Below, in pieces: positions 1 to 10,805 of a stretch of DNA of 64,000 nt; position 1 is the stretch's first letter, and each line of letters opens with the position of its first letter. The position numbers were made by a program, and so were the translations under genes. The notes under the pieces are model-generated. The model ran no database searches, was not told the DNA's origin, and worked only from the letters and a program-made list of their open reading frames with translations. The stretch is taken from assembly GCA_963675595.2 (NCBI GenBank), contig CAXXLZ010000001.1, positions 1,472,001 to 1,536,000 on the forward strand. The letters run 5' to 3'. Source of the DNA: Thermodesulfobacteriota bacterium (lineage in GTDB: Bacteria; Desulfobacterota; Desulfarculia; JACQYL01).

Positions 1-1999
1 TCTGGACCGTCTCCTCCACCAGAGACTGGGTATTCTCGGCCGCCTCGGCCGCCTGCATGGCCAGATTGCGGACCTCATCGGCCACCACCGCGAAGCCGGC
101 CCCGGCTTCTCCGGCACGGGCCGCCTCCACGGCCGCGTTGAGGGCCAACAGGTTGGTCTGGAAGGCGATTTCGTCTATGGACTTGACAATCTTGCCGATT
201 TGACCGCCGGCCCGTGCGATCTGCTCCATGGCCCGGGCCATCTCCGACATGGACAGACCCGCCTCGGCAATTACGTCCCGGGCTTCCTTCATCAACCTGT
301 CGGCTCGGCCTGCGTTATCGGCATTGCTTTTTGTCTGGGAGGACATCTCCTCCAAAGAAGATGCGATCTGCTCCAACGACGCGGCCTGCTCACTCGCCCC
401 CTCGGCCAGACCCTGAGAGGCTGAGGAGACCTGGGTGGAGGCCGAGGCGATTTGATTCGTCCCGTCGCTGATAATCCCGGAGATCCGACGCAAAACGCCG
501 GTAGTCCCCCGGATGATGCAAAGGGCCAGCAGGATGCCGGTGACAATGGCCACGCCTCCCACTACAAAGACGTTGAGCCGGGTACCTTTCGCCGCGGACA
601 GCATGGCTTCGTCGGTCATGAGGTGCCTTTTGGCTTCCGCCCTGATCCTGTTCAAAAGCCTTTGCGCCTCGCTGAGGCTTGGTTGGGTCTCGGCGGCATA
701 GATCGAGGCGGCCTCCTGGGCGGCGGCAACCAGCTTTTCCTCGGCGTCGATCAGCTTCTGGAACTCATTGCGGAGAGCGGACAAACTGGGCAACGTTTCT
801 CGCTCGTACACGTCAAAGGCCTCGGCAAACCGGTTTTCGCCCACCAGTTCTTCTAAGGCGGCTGCGGAACGGTGCATCCTTTCGTGGGGGCCCGCCACAT
901 CTTCGAAGAATGCGGCCAGAGCCGGAAAGCGGTTTGCGATGCCCTGGATTTTGGGATCGCTGATGAACTCGGCCAAAGCGCATTTGCCGGGATCCAGCTG
1001 CACTCCAAGCTCGAACGGTCTGCCCGCCACAATGTCCGCGGCTCGCGCCATAAGTCCGGGGTTCTTTTCATCCAGGTAAATCCCGGTGCCGATGACCCAG
1101 CTCCAGGGCTTGAACAGCTTCACAAAGGAGAGTTTGGGCACCGGCTCCTTGGCGTCCGGCTTGGGCCAGTAGTACATGACGAAGCCCTCACCCCTGTTTT
1201 CGGCCACCTCGACAAAATCCATGAAAAGCTTCTTGCCTCTGGTGTCCTTGAAGCCGCTTAAGTCCTTGCCATCGAGTTCGGGTTTGTACGGATGCATCAC
1301 CATGAACGGATGGAGGTCATTGATCCAAAGATAGTCCTTGCCTTCCGGGCCGTACCGTATCTCCTTGATATATTCCATGGCCAGCCGTCGGCGTGCCGCG
1401 GGAGTCAAAGTGGTGTCTCCCGCATACGCGGCTATCTGTTTTACCGCCTGCTCCACCACATTGCGTAGGACCGCCTGATCCGTTCCGAATCTCACCGCCT
1501 CCTCGGCCAGCCCATGGGACACCTTGTTGGCCCAGAATAGATGCTTGATCAACACGCTGTAGAGGCCTTCCATCATTCCAGGATGAGGCTGGCGAAAGAT
1601 CTCGGCAATGTGCGCCGCGGAGTCGTGCAACCTCAAGTGGGGGGCCTCCATATCACCAAGCAACGGCCTCAGGCTCGGCACCTGGGTTTCGGCCGCCTTT
1701 CGGCCTTCTCCATAGTACCATGTGCCGAATCCGCACTTGTGGGGATCGAGTTCCACTTTGAGTTCGGCAATCTTGGGGTCGGTCAGATAGGCGTTGACCT
1801 GCTGGGCCCAGTTCAAATGATCGATTTCTTTCTGGGCCAAAATACCGTCCAACCTGTTCCCGTCGATCACCTCGCCGGCGTTGAGCACTATGTCCCCAAC
1901 CCCGGTAAAACAGAGCAGGGACGACAAAGCCAGAAGCACCAGCACAACCGCAAACCCCAAGGTGATCCTTTTCCCGATGGTTATGCTCCTCCAGGACAT
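1..1999 (-). CDS. Methyl-accepting chemotaxis protein (3' end outside window) with periplasmic CZB domains and an sCache domain
   Basis: Not in the ORF track because it runs off the window edge. Manual translation from ATG 1999 (RBS GGAGG): [23 protein letters not shown] (TM1), CZB motifs [20 protein letters not shown], sCache motifs [20 protein letters not shown] and [18 protein letters not shown]2, then the MCP hairpin tip [34 protein letters not shown]. Confidence 0.93.
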   Translation of the reverse strand, partial: MSWRSITIGKRITLGFAVVLVLLALSSLLCFTGVGDIVLNAGEVIDGNRLDGILAQKEIDHLNWAQQVNAYLTDPKIAELKVELDPHKCGFGTWYYGEGRKAAETQVPSLRPLLGDMEAPHLRLHDSAAHIAEIFRQPHPGMMEGLYSVLIKHLFWANKVSHGLAEEAVRFGTDQAVLRNVVEQAVKQIAAYAGDTTLTPAARRRLAMEYIKEIRYGPEGKDYLWINDLHPFMVMHPYKPELDGKDLSGFKDTRGKKLFMDFVEVAENRGEGFVMYYWPKPDAKEPVPKLSFVKLFKPWSWVIGTGIYLDEKNPGLMARAADIVAGRPFELGVQLDPGKCALAEFISDPKIQGIANRFPALAAFFEDVAGPHERMHRSAAALEELVGENRFAEAFDVYERETLPSLSALRNEFQKLIDAEEKLVAAAQEAASIYAAETQPSLSEAQRLLNRIRAEAKRHLMTDEAMLSAAKGTRLNVFVVGGVAIVTGILLALCIIRGTTGVLRRISGIISDGTNQIASASTQVSSASQGLAEGASEQAASLEQIASSLEEMSSQTKSNADNAGRADRLMKEARDVIAEAGLSMSEMARAMEQIARAGGQIGKIVKSIDEIAFQTNLLALNAAVEAARAGEAGAGFAVVADEVRNLAMQAAEAAENTQSLVEETVQ

Positions 2000-2544
2000 C
2001 TTTTCCCTCCCATCGATTCAGTTGACTCGCCTCAGCCCTATCGGTTCGAACCCTTTGCGAGGATTCAAGCTTCTATATGTGAGCTCAACCCGTTTGCATG
2101 CTCCGGTTTCCGTGTAATTATGCCGCCCCGCCGGTCCGTCGCGTCACCACAGGTTGCGGGAGTTAGTTGACGATTGAAGATTTGTGTCGGGCTTTTTGCG
2201 AGCACCACGGATAAATCGGCACTTATCCTGTTACCATCGTACGCTGCCGCCGAATTTATCAAGAAGGATCGGATGATGTGGAGTCGCCATCCTCTGCGCA
2301 AAAAGCGGTAAGTCAATCGCGCGTCGAGGAAAGCCGATGCCCGAAAAGACGCGGACTGCAGAAGCGGACCCGGATAAGGGTCCAGTCCCATATATTATTA
2401 TCTAAATTCGATCCAAGAAATCGATAAGAGTCTGCGAGAAACAGTCAATGAGCTTAGGGAAAGATAGGATAAAAGACTTAGGGTTTGGTATTCTTGAAGA
2501 AGAGAGAGGTGTAGGCAGTCATTTCTGGCACAGCGACAGGAAGT

Positions 2545-3204
2545 CTATTCGTTTGAGCGGAACCAATCCACTGCGAAACGCGTCAGGTCGGAGGCGTTCG
2601 CAAAACCAAGCTTTCTGCGCATGTTGAGGCGATGTGTTTCAACGGTCTTGGTGCTGAGAAAGAGTTCCGTCCCGATTTCTCTGGGTTGCAGACCTTTCCC
2701 GATAAGACGGAAGACCTCGAATTCCCGGCCGGAAAGGCGTTCGACCGGGGTCATGGACGCTCCATTCTGATTCGGCCCCACGTGTTGCCGAAGCAAAGCC
2801 GCGTTCATTTCCTCACTGACATAGACACCACCCGCAAGTATCCGGCGAACCGCCGCGATTACCTGTCGGACGGGCTCCTGCTTCATGAGATACCCCCTTG
2901 CGCCGGCGTGCAGGGCCCGCTCAGCATAAAGAGACTCGTCATGCATCGAAACAATCAAAATCGGGATAGGTCCCAAACGCTTGTGGATATCCCGGATCAG
3001 GTCGAGACCGGTGCTCGATTTGTCTTTGAGAGCGATATCGAGAACCACGAAATCCGGGGGACTGGTAGAGACGGCGTCCATGACCTCCGAGCGGGTTCCG
3101 GCTTCCCCGCACACCTCGAGATCGGGTTCTCTTCCAATCAACTGAGCGAGGCCGTGCCGCATGGCCGGATGGTCGTCCACGATCAATATCTTGGTCACCT
3201 TCAT
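2545..3204 (-). CDS. NarL/LuxR-family response regulator
   Basis: REC domain (ILIVDDH, VLDI, GYLMK) plus LuxR HTH (LSGREFEVFRLIGKG..STKTVETHR). ATG at 3204 overlaps the kinase stop codon (ATGA). Confidence 0.93.
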   Translation of the reverse strand: MKVTKILIVDDHPAMRHGLAQLIGREPDLEVCGEAGTRSEVMDAVSTSPPDFVVLDIALKDKSSTGLDLIRDIHKRLGPIPILIVSMHDESLYAERALHAGARGYLMKQEPVRQVIAAVRRILAGGVYVSEEMNAALLRQHVGPNQNGASMTPVERLSGREFEVFRLIGKGLQPREIGTELFLSTKTVETHRLNMRRKLGFANASDLTRFAVDWFRSNE

Positions 3205-6200
3205 TGTTCCCATCCAGATTCGGCGTGCACGACTTGTCCGGCGTCACCACCGCCGAGAAGACACCTGACTTCCGTCCCCTCTCCGGGCAGGCTTCGGATA
3301 TGAAAATACGCGCCGATGGCCTGGGCACGCGAGCGCATCACCGTCATGCCTATTCCACCCTCTATTCGGTCGAGATCGTCCATGTTGAAACCCTGTCCAT
3401 TGTCCTTCACCGAGAAAACAAGCCAGCCCCCAACCGTTCCCCAAGAAACTTCGATCTTGGTGGCTTGCCCGTGACGCAGGGAGTTGTTTAGAGCTTCCTG
3501 AAAGATTCGATATAAGTGGTGAGCATGAACCTCGTCAACCGGTTCGAGACCGTCATCAAAGAACGCCCGGATGTCCAAATCAGGCTGCCGGCTATTCTCC
3601 AGACAAGAGCGGTAGACCGCAGCAGAAAAGCTCTTGGCGTCCAAGCCCACGGGAAGCAGCCCGCGAGCAATTTCATATGCTTTTCGAACCGCCAGATTTG
3701 CCTGCCGTCCCACCGACGCCGCCCGCGCCGCGGCCGTTGGGTCGGTATGCGTCAGCATGTCATCCAGAAACGCCGTTTCGAGTTCCAATCCTTTCAGGTC
3801 CTGGCAGAGTCCGTCATGAAGTTCCTGGGCGAGCCGTTTTTGCTCACGCTCCGAAGAGTCCATCAGTCGCCTTTCCAGCTCCTTGCGCTTCGTCACGTCC
3901 CTGCCGACACTTTGATATCCATCAACGGTCCCGTCCGACTTGAGTATGGCCCGGTGGGTCCATTCCAGCAGGCGAACGACGCCGCTCCCGAGTCTTGATC
4001 TATGCTGATAATTCATAATAGGATTGGACGCGTTCAAGGCACCGATTTGTCTCATCACGAAATCCCGATCCTCTTCAGGCATGAGGCAGAAAAAACTGCT
4101 CCCCAGAAGTTCTTCTTCCCGCTTTCCAAAGAATCTGCAGAAGGCATTGTTCATGAAAGCGAGAATGCCGCTCACATTGAATCGACAAATGAGTTCCGTC
4201 TGATCATTGACGACGGCGTTGTAGCGGGATTCGCTCTCTTTCAGCTTCCGAGCGGAGGATCGGATTTGTGTGACGTCGCGAACAATGGCCAAAACCTCGT
4301 TCTTTCCGCAGGGAACCATCCGGCTCTCGAATTCCATCGTTTCGCTTCCAACATTGAGCGCATAGTCGTAAAGCTGGACTTCCCCACTATCTATTGTAGC
4401 CCGGTATTTTTCCCTTGTTAAGCCGACCAAATGTGGTGGAAGCAGTTCCTCTGCTCTCTTTCCCACGATCTCATCGATCGGTGCGAGCAGCAGTTCGGGA
4501 GTGCTTGTCTGTACGTCGACAAAACACATGTTGGAGTCGATCCGAAACAGGAGATCCGGCATGGCCTGCACAATGCTGCGGTAGCGCGCTTCACTGTGCA
4601 CGAGCGCCTGTGTCTGTTCCATTCGCAAAACGAATGCGGCATACAAGCGTGCGGCGACCTTTAAAGCGTCGAGTTCCGACTCGTTCCATTCACGCTCCCG
4701 CCTGCAGTCGTCAAAACCAATGAAGCCCCACCATTTACCCTCCACGTGAATCGGCACAACGGCGATGGATAGAACACCCTGATCGGAGACAAGGTGCCGT
4801 TCTTCCGGCGGCAGAAGGCGAACCGGTGAAGCAATCGTTCGACCGGCCTCTAATTCCCGCCGCCATCTGCCGTAGCTCTGCTCATCGTAAGCAATGCGCT
4901 GTAATTTGGTATTGGCGATCTGTGGAGAAACGTCTCGATGCGCCCACTCGTGGCGTTGGGATGTCAATATACGCCCCAGGTGATCCCGCTGATTCTCAAA
5001 AATATAGACGCGCTGTACGTCGGCCGCTTCACCGATATACCTCAGCGAGTCTTCAACTCCTTCCCAAGTCCGTCTCTTTAATTCAAAATCTGCAATTTCG
5101 CTGATGCCGCTCAATATCCGTTCACGGCGAAGAAGTTCCGAGTGGAGTCGGGTCGCCTCTTCTTCAGCAGCCTTTCTGGCCGTGATGTCCGTGAGCATCC
5201 CCAAGACGCCCTGTAAGCTGCCTTTGTCATCGAGAACAGGATTGGTATTTACGATCGCCCACAACGCCGTGCCATCTTTCCTGCGAAATCTGAAATCGTG
5301 CTGTTCCCTTATCCCTCGACGTCGTCTCTCGAAATAGACTTCCGCCTCGGGCACTTCACCTGCATCCATGAACTCAAGGAAGGAATGCCCCAGCACTTCT
5401 TCTTTAGTATAACCCAGTAGTTCACTCATTTTGCCGTTCAGGAACGTCGTCTCACCTTGACCATCCAACATCCATATGCCTTCTTGAGCCGTTTCCACGA
5501 TATTTCGATATTTCTCCTCACTTTTCCTCAATTCTTCTTCATATGTTCTCCTCAAGGTAACATCACGGTTCACGGTAACGCCGCCGGAGATGCTTCCTCC
5601 CGAGTCCCGAAGCCATGAGACCGATGCTTCAATGTTCAAGTCTTTTCCTGCCTTGTCGCGCTGAAGGATTTCCCCGTTCCAGTGACCGGTCTTTTCGAGA
5701 ATCGTCCTAGCCCCGTCGAGACTTTGGCTACCCCACTGCGTTTGAAGCAAGCCGTCCAAGTGCTTGCCGACGGCCTCCTCAGCACTCCATCCGTAGATTC
5801 TCTGTGCCGCAGCATTCCATGAAGTGACACGCAAACCCAAATCCGTAGAGACTATGGCGTCCGACACCTGATCAAGAAGTGCCGCTTGTGTCCTTAGAAC
5901 CGCTTCTGCTCGTTTGCGTTCGGAGATGTCCCGGACGAAGGCGATGATGCTTCCCCCTGCGTGGTCCATGTAACTGCAGCTCAGTTCAATTTCGATCAAG
6001 CTTCCGTCCCTGCGTCGATGGAGCGTTTCGAAACGATCATACCCTATTTTCTTGATCTCGTTGATGTGTCGGGACGTCTCTTCACTAGATTCACGCCCTT
6101 CGATATCGTGCACGCGCATCCCGATCAGCTCGTGGCGCGGATACCCCAAAATAAAACTAGCTGCTTCGTTGACATCCAAAATTCGACCACCCATATCCAC

Positions 6201-7045
6201 CATCACGAATCCGTCGATGGCCGTCTCTAAAATACCGGCGTATTTGTCGCTCTGTTCCCGAAGTCGCCGTCCCAAAACATCGAGTGGTCTTTCGAGTCCT
6301 TCTACGATGAGCCCCCTGTACAGCAACAGGAAGGAGGCCACTTTGAGAAGATGGCCGATCATGTTCATGATCGCATAAGGATCATCGTACAATGTGAAGG
6401 AAAATTCGGAAAGAATGGTCAGTACGATTGAAGCGAGCAGGAAGGGAACAACGCCCTCTCCGAAAGATTTGCGGCGGCGCCAAATTAGAAGACCCGCAAC
6501 ACATAGCGTGACTATAATGACGTACTCGCTGGTCACCTTGAAAGGGGTGAGCCCGGATTGCTCATCAAAACAAGCGGGAAAAAGGTCCCACCAAAAGATG
6601 GAGCATAGGATAACAGCCGTCGTCAACGACAGGAGGACAACCCCAGTCCACGGCTTTCCAAGACTGCGATGCGGCAATGAGGTTTCGTTGACTGTTGTGG
6701 AAAACGGCAGGTAAAGCAGTGCCCGGCTTCCAAGTACCGAGCGGCAATCCATAGCTGAGTCGCCTTGTCGGCTCCATCATAGGAAAAAACGCCCATCCCT
6801 TTGTAAGCCAGTGTGTGGAGGAGATCCAGACCACCGACAAAGGCATAGGCGATCCCAACGATAACAAAGCCCGGCAACGTATTCAAACGCTGTGCATTCC
6901 ACATCAGCAGAAACACGCTCCAGGCTACGGCCACCGCGCCCAGCTCCACAAGGCTGTGAAACAGCAAATAATTATACCGGCTGAGTAGAAAAGCTCCCGA
7001 TAAAACACCTAGACCTAATACAAGGCGAGCACGGCGGCATGTCAT
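3201..7045 (-). pseudogene. MASE3-PAS/GAF sensor histidine kinase (HisKA_3 type), frameshifted near 6722
   Basis: ORF 6623-7114 carries the MASE3 N-half (NYLLFHSLVE..LDLLHTLAYKGMGVF..QLWIAARYLE). ORF 3201-6752 carries the MASE3 C-half (GLTPFKVTSEY, GHLLKVASF), several PAS domains, GAF, H-box LAQELHDGLCQ and HATPase DNGQGF. One extra G in GCCGGGCA joins the two frames. Confidence 0.8.
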
Positions 7046-7431
7046 GGGAACGCTCCCCCGTAAACCATTGCTGAAGAAGCCCGAGAGGTCGGTTGGCCGA
7101 AGACATCCATCCATTCGGGTGCCTCAAGGCATTTCATCATCCAACCGCTCATCACACTTAGCTGAAGCGGAATGACACTACCCCGCCTGTTGTGAGGTTC
7201 CTTTTGATGGAAATCCTAGGATCCCGTGATTATGTCGCTCAGCGACATCGGGGTCAACCCGGGGTACTCACTCGCCATTCCGGAGTGCTTCGTAAAAATG
7301 CTATGTACAAAAAGGAGGCGGGTGTGCAAATTCGAAGCTAAAGGAAGATGGAAGCAATTTGAACCGAGGACGGCTTGCCGCCGTCCTCCTTTCAGTGAAA
7401 GCACGCTAAGCAATGTTCTCCTTCCGTGCTA

Positions 7432-7866
7432 CTACTCCTGGAACCCCATTCCCGATCCGGGATTTCTCCACAAAGGTCGGTCGTCGTCCCCCCGCAAGGG
7501 AACCATCTCACCCTCGATGACCACGGCCGTGAGGATATTGCGATCCACACCATTGTAGGATACCGTGAAACCTTCCACCGTCACCGTCTCACCCACCACG
7601 GGTTTGTCCACCCCCAGGGTCTCCCAGTACCAGTCGGGGCCAAGGCCGAAAAAGGTTACGTTGCCCTCGGCAAGAGCGATCTCCAGACCTTCTCCCAGTA
7701 TCCCCACTGTGACCACGTCACCCGTGTATGTAAAAGGGGTCTTCTCCAGGGTGGAGCACGATCCGTCAAGAATCCGGGACCGTTCCCCGGACCAAGCCGT
7801 GGCGGCGGCCAGACACAAAACCAAAACAGCCAACTTCACAACAAACATTTTTCTTCCCACCATCAT
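7432..7866 (-). CDS. Small exported OB-fold-like protein
   Basis: Signal peptide (LAVLVLCLAAATAWS) and a beta-rich domain with LGPDWYW..GETVTVEG..PLR..RPLW motifs. Confidence 0.65.
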   Translation of the reverse strand: MMVGRKMFVVKLAVLVLCLAAATAWSGERSRILDGSCSTLEKTPFTYTGDVVTVGILGEGLEIALAEGNVTFFGLGPDWYWETLGVDKPVVGETVTVEGFTVSYNGVDRNILTAVVIEGEMVPLRGDDDRPLWRNPGSGMGFQE

Positions 7867-8118
7867 TTTTCAAGTCTCCTTATGTTGTTGGATTCATCGG
7901 CTATACCGGCGAGGAAGCCGGAAAGTCACAGTCGGCGGATACATTTTTCACGCGGATATTGCCCCCTCGGCCCCCCCTTGCGAGCCGACCATGGAATAGC
8001 CGGTTCGTATCGCAATCCCACGGTTTCCTCTATTCCGATCCCAGGGCGAGATTCAACGTGGACGGATCGAGAACTCGAGGCGGATTGCCCAACGATTCAA
8101 TAACCTCCGGTAAGCCGG

Positions 8119-8991
8119 TCACGAACCAGCCGCCTGTACGAATTCGATAGGTGCGAGAGGCTCTTCCGTTACTTCTCCCCTGAGAGACTTAAGCAGCACC
8201 ACCGCCTCCCAAAAGGTGCGATGAACCAACTTCTCTTTGAGTCTAATGGCGGACTGCAGGAGTCTAATGGAAGTTTCCTTCTCTTTCATCTCCGCATGTA
8301 CGATTGCCAAGTTGTAGTACAAGTGTGGGTCGAAAGGATTGACCTCCAAGGCTCGAAGGTAGGCCTCAATCGCCCTTTCGTACATTCTCAATCGTCTCAA
8401 TTTGATGCCACACTCGTTGAAGAAATGTTTGTGTGCTTCTATATAAAGTTCCGGATTGTTGCATAGGTCGTCGAATATCACCCGTGCCTCTTCATACCGT
8501 TCCAGTTTGAATAAGGCTTTGGCCTTTCCCAAACCAGCTTCCACGTTCTTTGAATCGATACATAGAGCGCACTCGTATTCATATTCGGAGCTGTAATACT
8601 CTTTGTCCTTGTAATGTTGCTTTCCCGCTCGAATGTGTGATTCCAACATACTGATTTTTTTGATAAGTTCAGTATATTCGGTGACATCTTTGCAGATGTA
8701 TCGACACCGAAGCGCCTGTTCCGTGTTGATTCGATCCTGCAATGGTAGAATACGTCCTGTGTATTCAATAACATAGGCGCAGATCAGACCTTCCTCATCC
8801 GGTAGAAAGTCCTCGATAAAGTAGTCGATGATATGGCTGCTCTTCTTCGAGGTTTCTGCGGTACCGATACTGGAAGCAATTTCCAATCGGTACACACCCG
8901 CTGGTTTTCGCTCAAGAGCCAACTCTGAACATGGCCCTTCCGCAGTGCTTCGGCTTCTCCGTTCGGATTTCTCATCCCCTTCGATTTTCAT
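8119..8991 (-). CDS. Tetratricopeptide-repeat protein
   Basis: TPR motifs (HFFNECGIKLRRLRMYERAIEAYLRALEVNPFDPHLYYNLA). Start placed at ATG 8991 (RBS AAAGGAG) because a sigma54 promoter overlaps the longer ORF start. Confidence 0.8.
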   Translation of the reverse strand: MKIEGDEKSERRSRSTAEGPCSELALERKPAGVYRLEIASSIGTAETSKKSSHIIDYFIEDFLPDEEGLICAYVIEYTGRILPLQDRINTEQALRCRYICKDVTEYTELIKKISMLESHIRAGKQHYKDKEYYSSEYEYECALCIDSKNVEAGLGKAKALFKLERYEEARVIFDDLCNNPELYIEAHKHFFNECGIKLRRLRMYERAIEAYLRALEVNPFDPHLYYNLAIVHAEMKEKETSIRLLQSAIRLKEKLVHRTFWEAVVLLKSLRGEVTEEPLAPIEFVQAAGS

Positions 8992-9136
8992 TTTGATCCT
9001 ATCTCCTTTTCGGCACGTTGCGAAACGCGCGACCGGAACACCAGATCCAAAGCAATGACATACACGGCGAACAATTTTCCGACAATACAGTCTGTTGAGT
9101 GCCTCCACCCACCGGAAGCATTCACTTCCCGATCTT

Positions 9137-9152
9137 TGCACAATGAGTGCCA
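9137..9152 (-). promoter_or_regulatory. sigma54 (-24/-12) promoter for the TPR gene
   Basis: Minus strand TGGCACTCATTGTGCA has the GG-N10-GC spacing. Confidence 0.65.
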
Positions 9153-9294
9153 GGCCGTCTGAAGTCTGGGATTGGGAAACGGTCGTGATACCCGCCTACA
9201 ACGAAGCTGGATTTCCGGATATTGCGAGATTGGAAGGTCTCTGTGCCAAGGCAGAGCTCAAGATGTCGAGACTTCGAGGGGGCTGTCCAACGGA

Positions 9295-9323
9295 CCCGCC
9301 ACTATCATTTTGATAGTGGCGGG
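9295..9323. promoter_or_regulatory. Perfect 13-bp inverted repeat containing the putative enhancer CTATCA-N3-TGATAG
   Basis: CCCGCCACTATCA-TTT-TGATAGTGGCGGG lies about 150 bp upstream of the sigma54 promoter. The same core recurs at 17940 and 19608. Confidence 0.5.
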
Positions 9324-9345
9324 CAACATCGTGCCATGTCTCGGC

Positions 9346-9381
9346 CCTCACAGCTGCTGGACCAAAAACCGGGGGCTTAAC
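9346..9381 (+). mobile_element. Isolated remnant of an IS3-family right end
   Basis: TGCTGGACCAAAAACCGGGGGCTT (9355-9378) is identical to the right terminus of the element at 21328-21523. The terminal TGACA is degraded. Confidence 0.6.
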
Positions 9382-9780
9382 TCCGCCGCTCACTCTGAAC
9401 CGGCCGATCGGGAAGAGCCGTGAAGATTCTTATGAATGAAGGTCAAGGGCTTCAGAGCTGAAGGCCTACTCAAGTGGGGGCACTCAGTGTTATCTCGGAG
9501 CGTTGCAGCTCGATAATACAGGTGGTCGCGGGCTCGGCTGATGGGTGCGATAGCTGAAATGAGCCGGGGATCCCCCTGATGATAGCTTGCGGGTTCCCTT
9601 CTCAATCAGAATGAGAGAGCAGCGGGTTGCCGGAGAAGGCGAAGAAGCGGAAAGCGCAAACTGAATGACTCGCTCTTGCGGAATTTCGTGGGACGTCGTC
9701 GTCCAGGTTTGAAGCCGCCTTCAGTGCAATCCCAAACACTTGGCGTTCACACGATCATGACCGTCCCCCATGGCGGGGTA

Positions 9781-10755
9781 TTATCGGCCGTTTTCCAGGA
9801 CGTCGAGAAAAACATCGACCAAACCGGGGTCAAACTGCGACCCTTTATTCTCCACAAGGATACGTTCGACGGTCTTCAGAGGCATCCCCTTCCGATAAGG
9901 GCGATCTGAAGTCATGGCGTCATAAGCGTCCGCGATCGAGATGATCCGCGCGCACAAGTGAATCGACTCGCCGGCCAGTCCGTCCGGATACCCTTTGCCG
10001 TCCCACCGCTCGTGATGCTGTCGAATAAACAGCCCCGCGGTTTTCAGGTGGTCGACTTTGCCGGCCAGTTCGGCTCCCAACACCGAATGCCGTTCAATGA
10101 TCTTCCTTTGGTCCGGATCGAGTGGCCCCCTGGCCAAAAGGATATCTTCCTTGATCCCGATCTTACCGCAATCATGGAGAATGCCGGCATATGTAAGATG
10201 TGACATCATTTCGCGATTTAAGCCAATGCGACGGCCGATCATCAAAGAAAAGTCTCGCACCCGCGCGCAATGGCCCTTGGTGTAAGGATCCTTCAACTCT
10301 ATGGCCTCGGCCAGCGCCAATACCGTCTGAGCCGTTGAGTTCTTCAATCGATTTCGTATCGTAGTGTGGTCCAAACCCACATGTTTTCGCGCCAGTCCTT
10401 CGCTTACAGCACTCTGCAGTTGCCGATCATCCCAAGGTTTGGTGAGAAAACGAAACACTTCTCCCCGATTGACGGAGTCCAGAATGATATCCCGGTCCGC
10501 ATAAGCGGAGAGCATAATTCGGACCACCTCCGGCTGTTCGTTTTTCACCCATTCGATGAGTTCCAGTCCGTCTTTTCCAGGCATTCGAAAATCGCTGATA
10601 ATAAGATCAATGGGCCGGTTCATCATGATGTCTTGGGCTTCAGTGACGCCTCCAGCCTCAAACACCTCATATTCATCCGATAATAATGCTCGGTACAGAG
10701 ATTTTCGAACATTGTCCTCGTCATCTACAACCAAAATACTTCTTCCGAAGTCCAT
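9781..10755 (-). CDS. Response regulator with HD-GYP cyclic-dinucleotide phosphodiesterase domain
   Basis: REC plus KDPYTKGH, LHDCGK, HHERWDGKGYPDGL, ADAYDAMTSDRPYR. Confidence 0.95.
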   Translation of the reverse strand: MDFGRSILVVDDEDNVRKSLYRALLSDEYEVFEAGGVTEAQDIMMNRPIDLIISDFRMPGKDGLELIEWVKNEQPEVVRIMLSAYADRDIILDSVNRGEVFRFLTKPWDDRQLQSAVSEGLARKHVGLDHTTIRNRLKNSTAQTVLALAEAIELKDPYTKGHCARVRDFSLMIGRRIGLNREMMSHLTYAGILHDCGKIGIKEDILLARGPLDPDQRKIIERHSVLGAELAGKVDHLKTAGLFIRQHHERWDGKGYPDGLAGESIHLCARIISIADAYDAMTSDRPYRKGMPLKTVERILVENKGSQFDPGLVDVFLDVLENGR

Positions 10756-10805
10756 TCGAAGTCTCCATTTTTCTGCAATTCCACAAAAGAATCAGGAGCG
10801 GATCA

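Noticed and set aside
9560-9640. Possible c-di-GMP-I riboswitch (..GCAGCGGGTTGCCG)
   Set aside because: Only a 3'-like tail matches; the GGCAAA/GAAA-tetraloop/GCAAAG core is not found and no sense gene follows.
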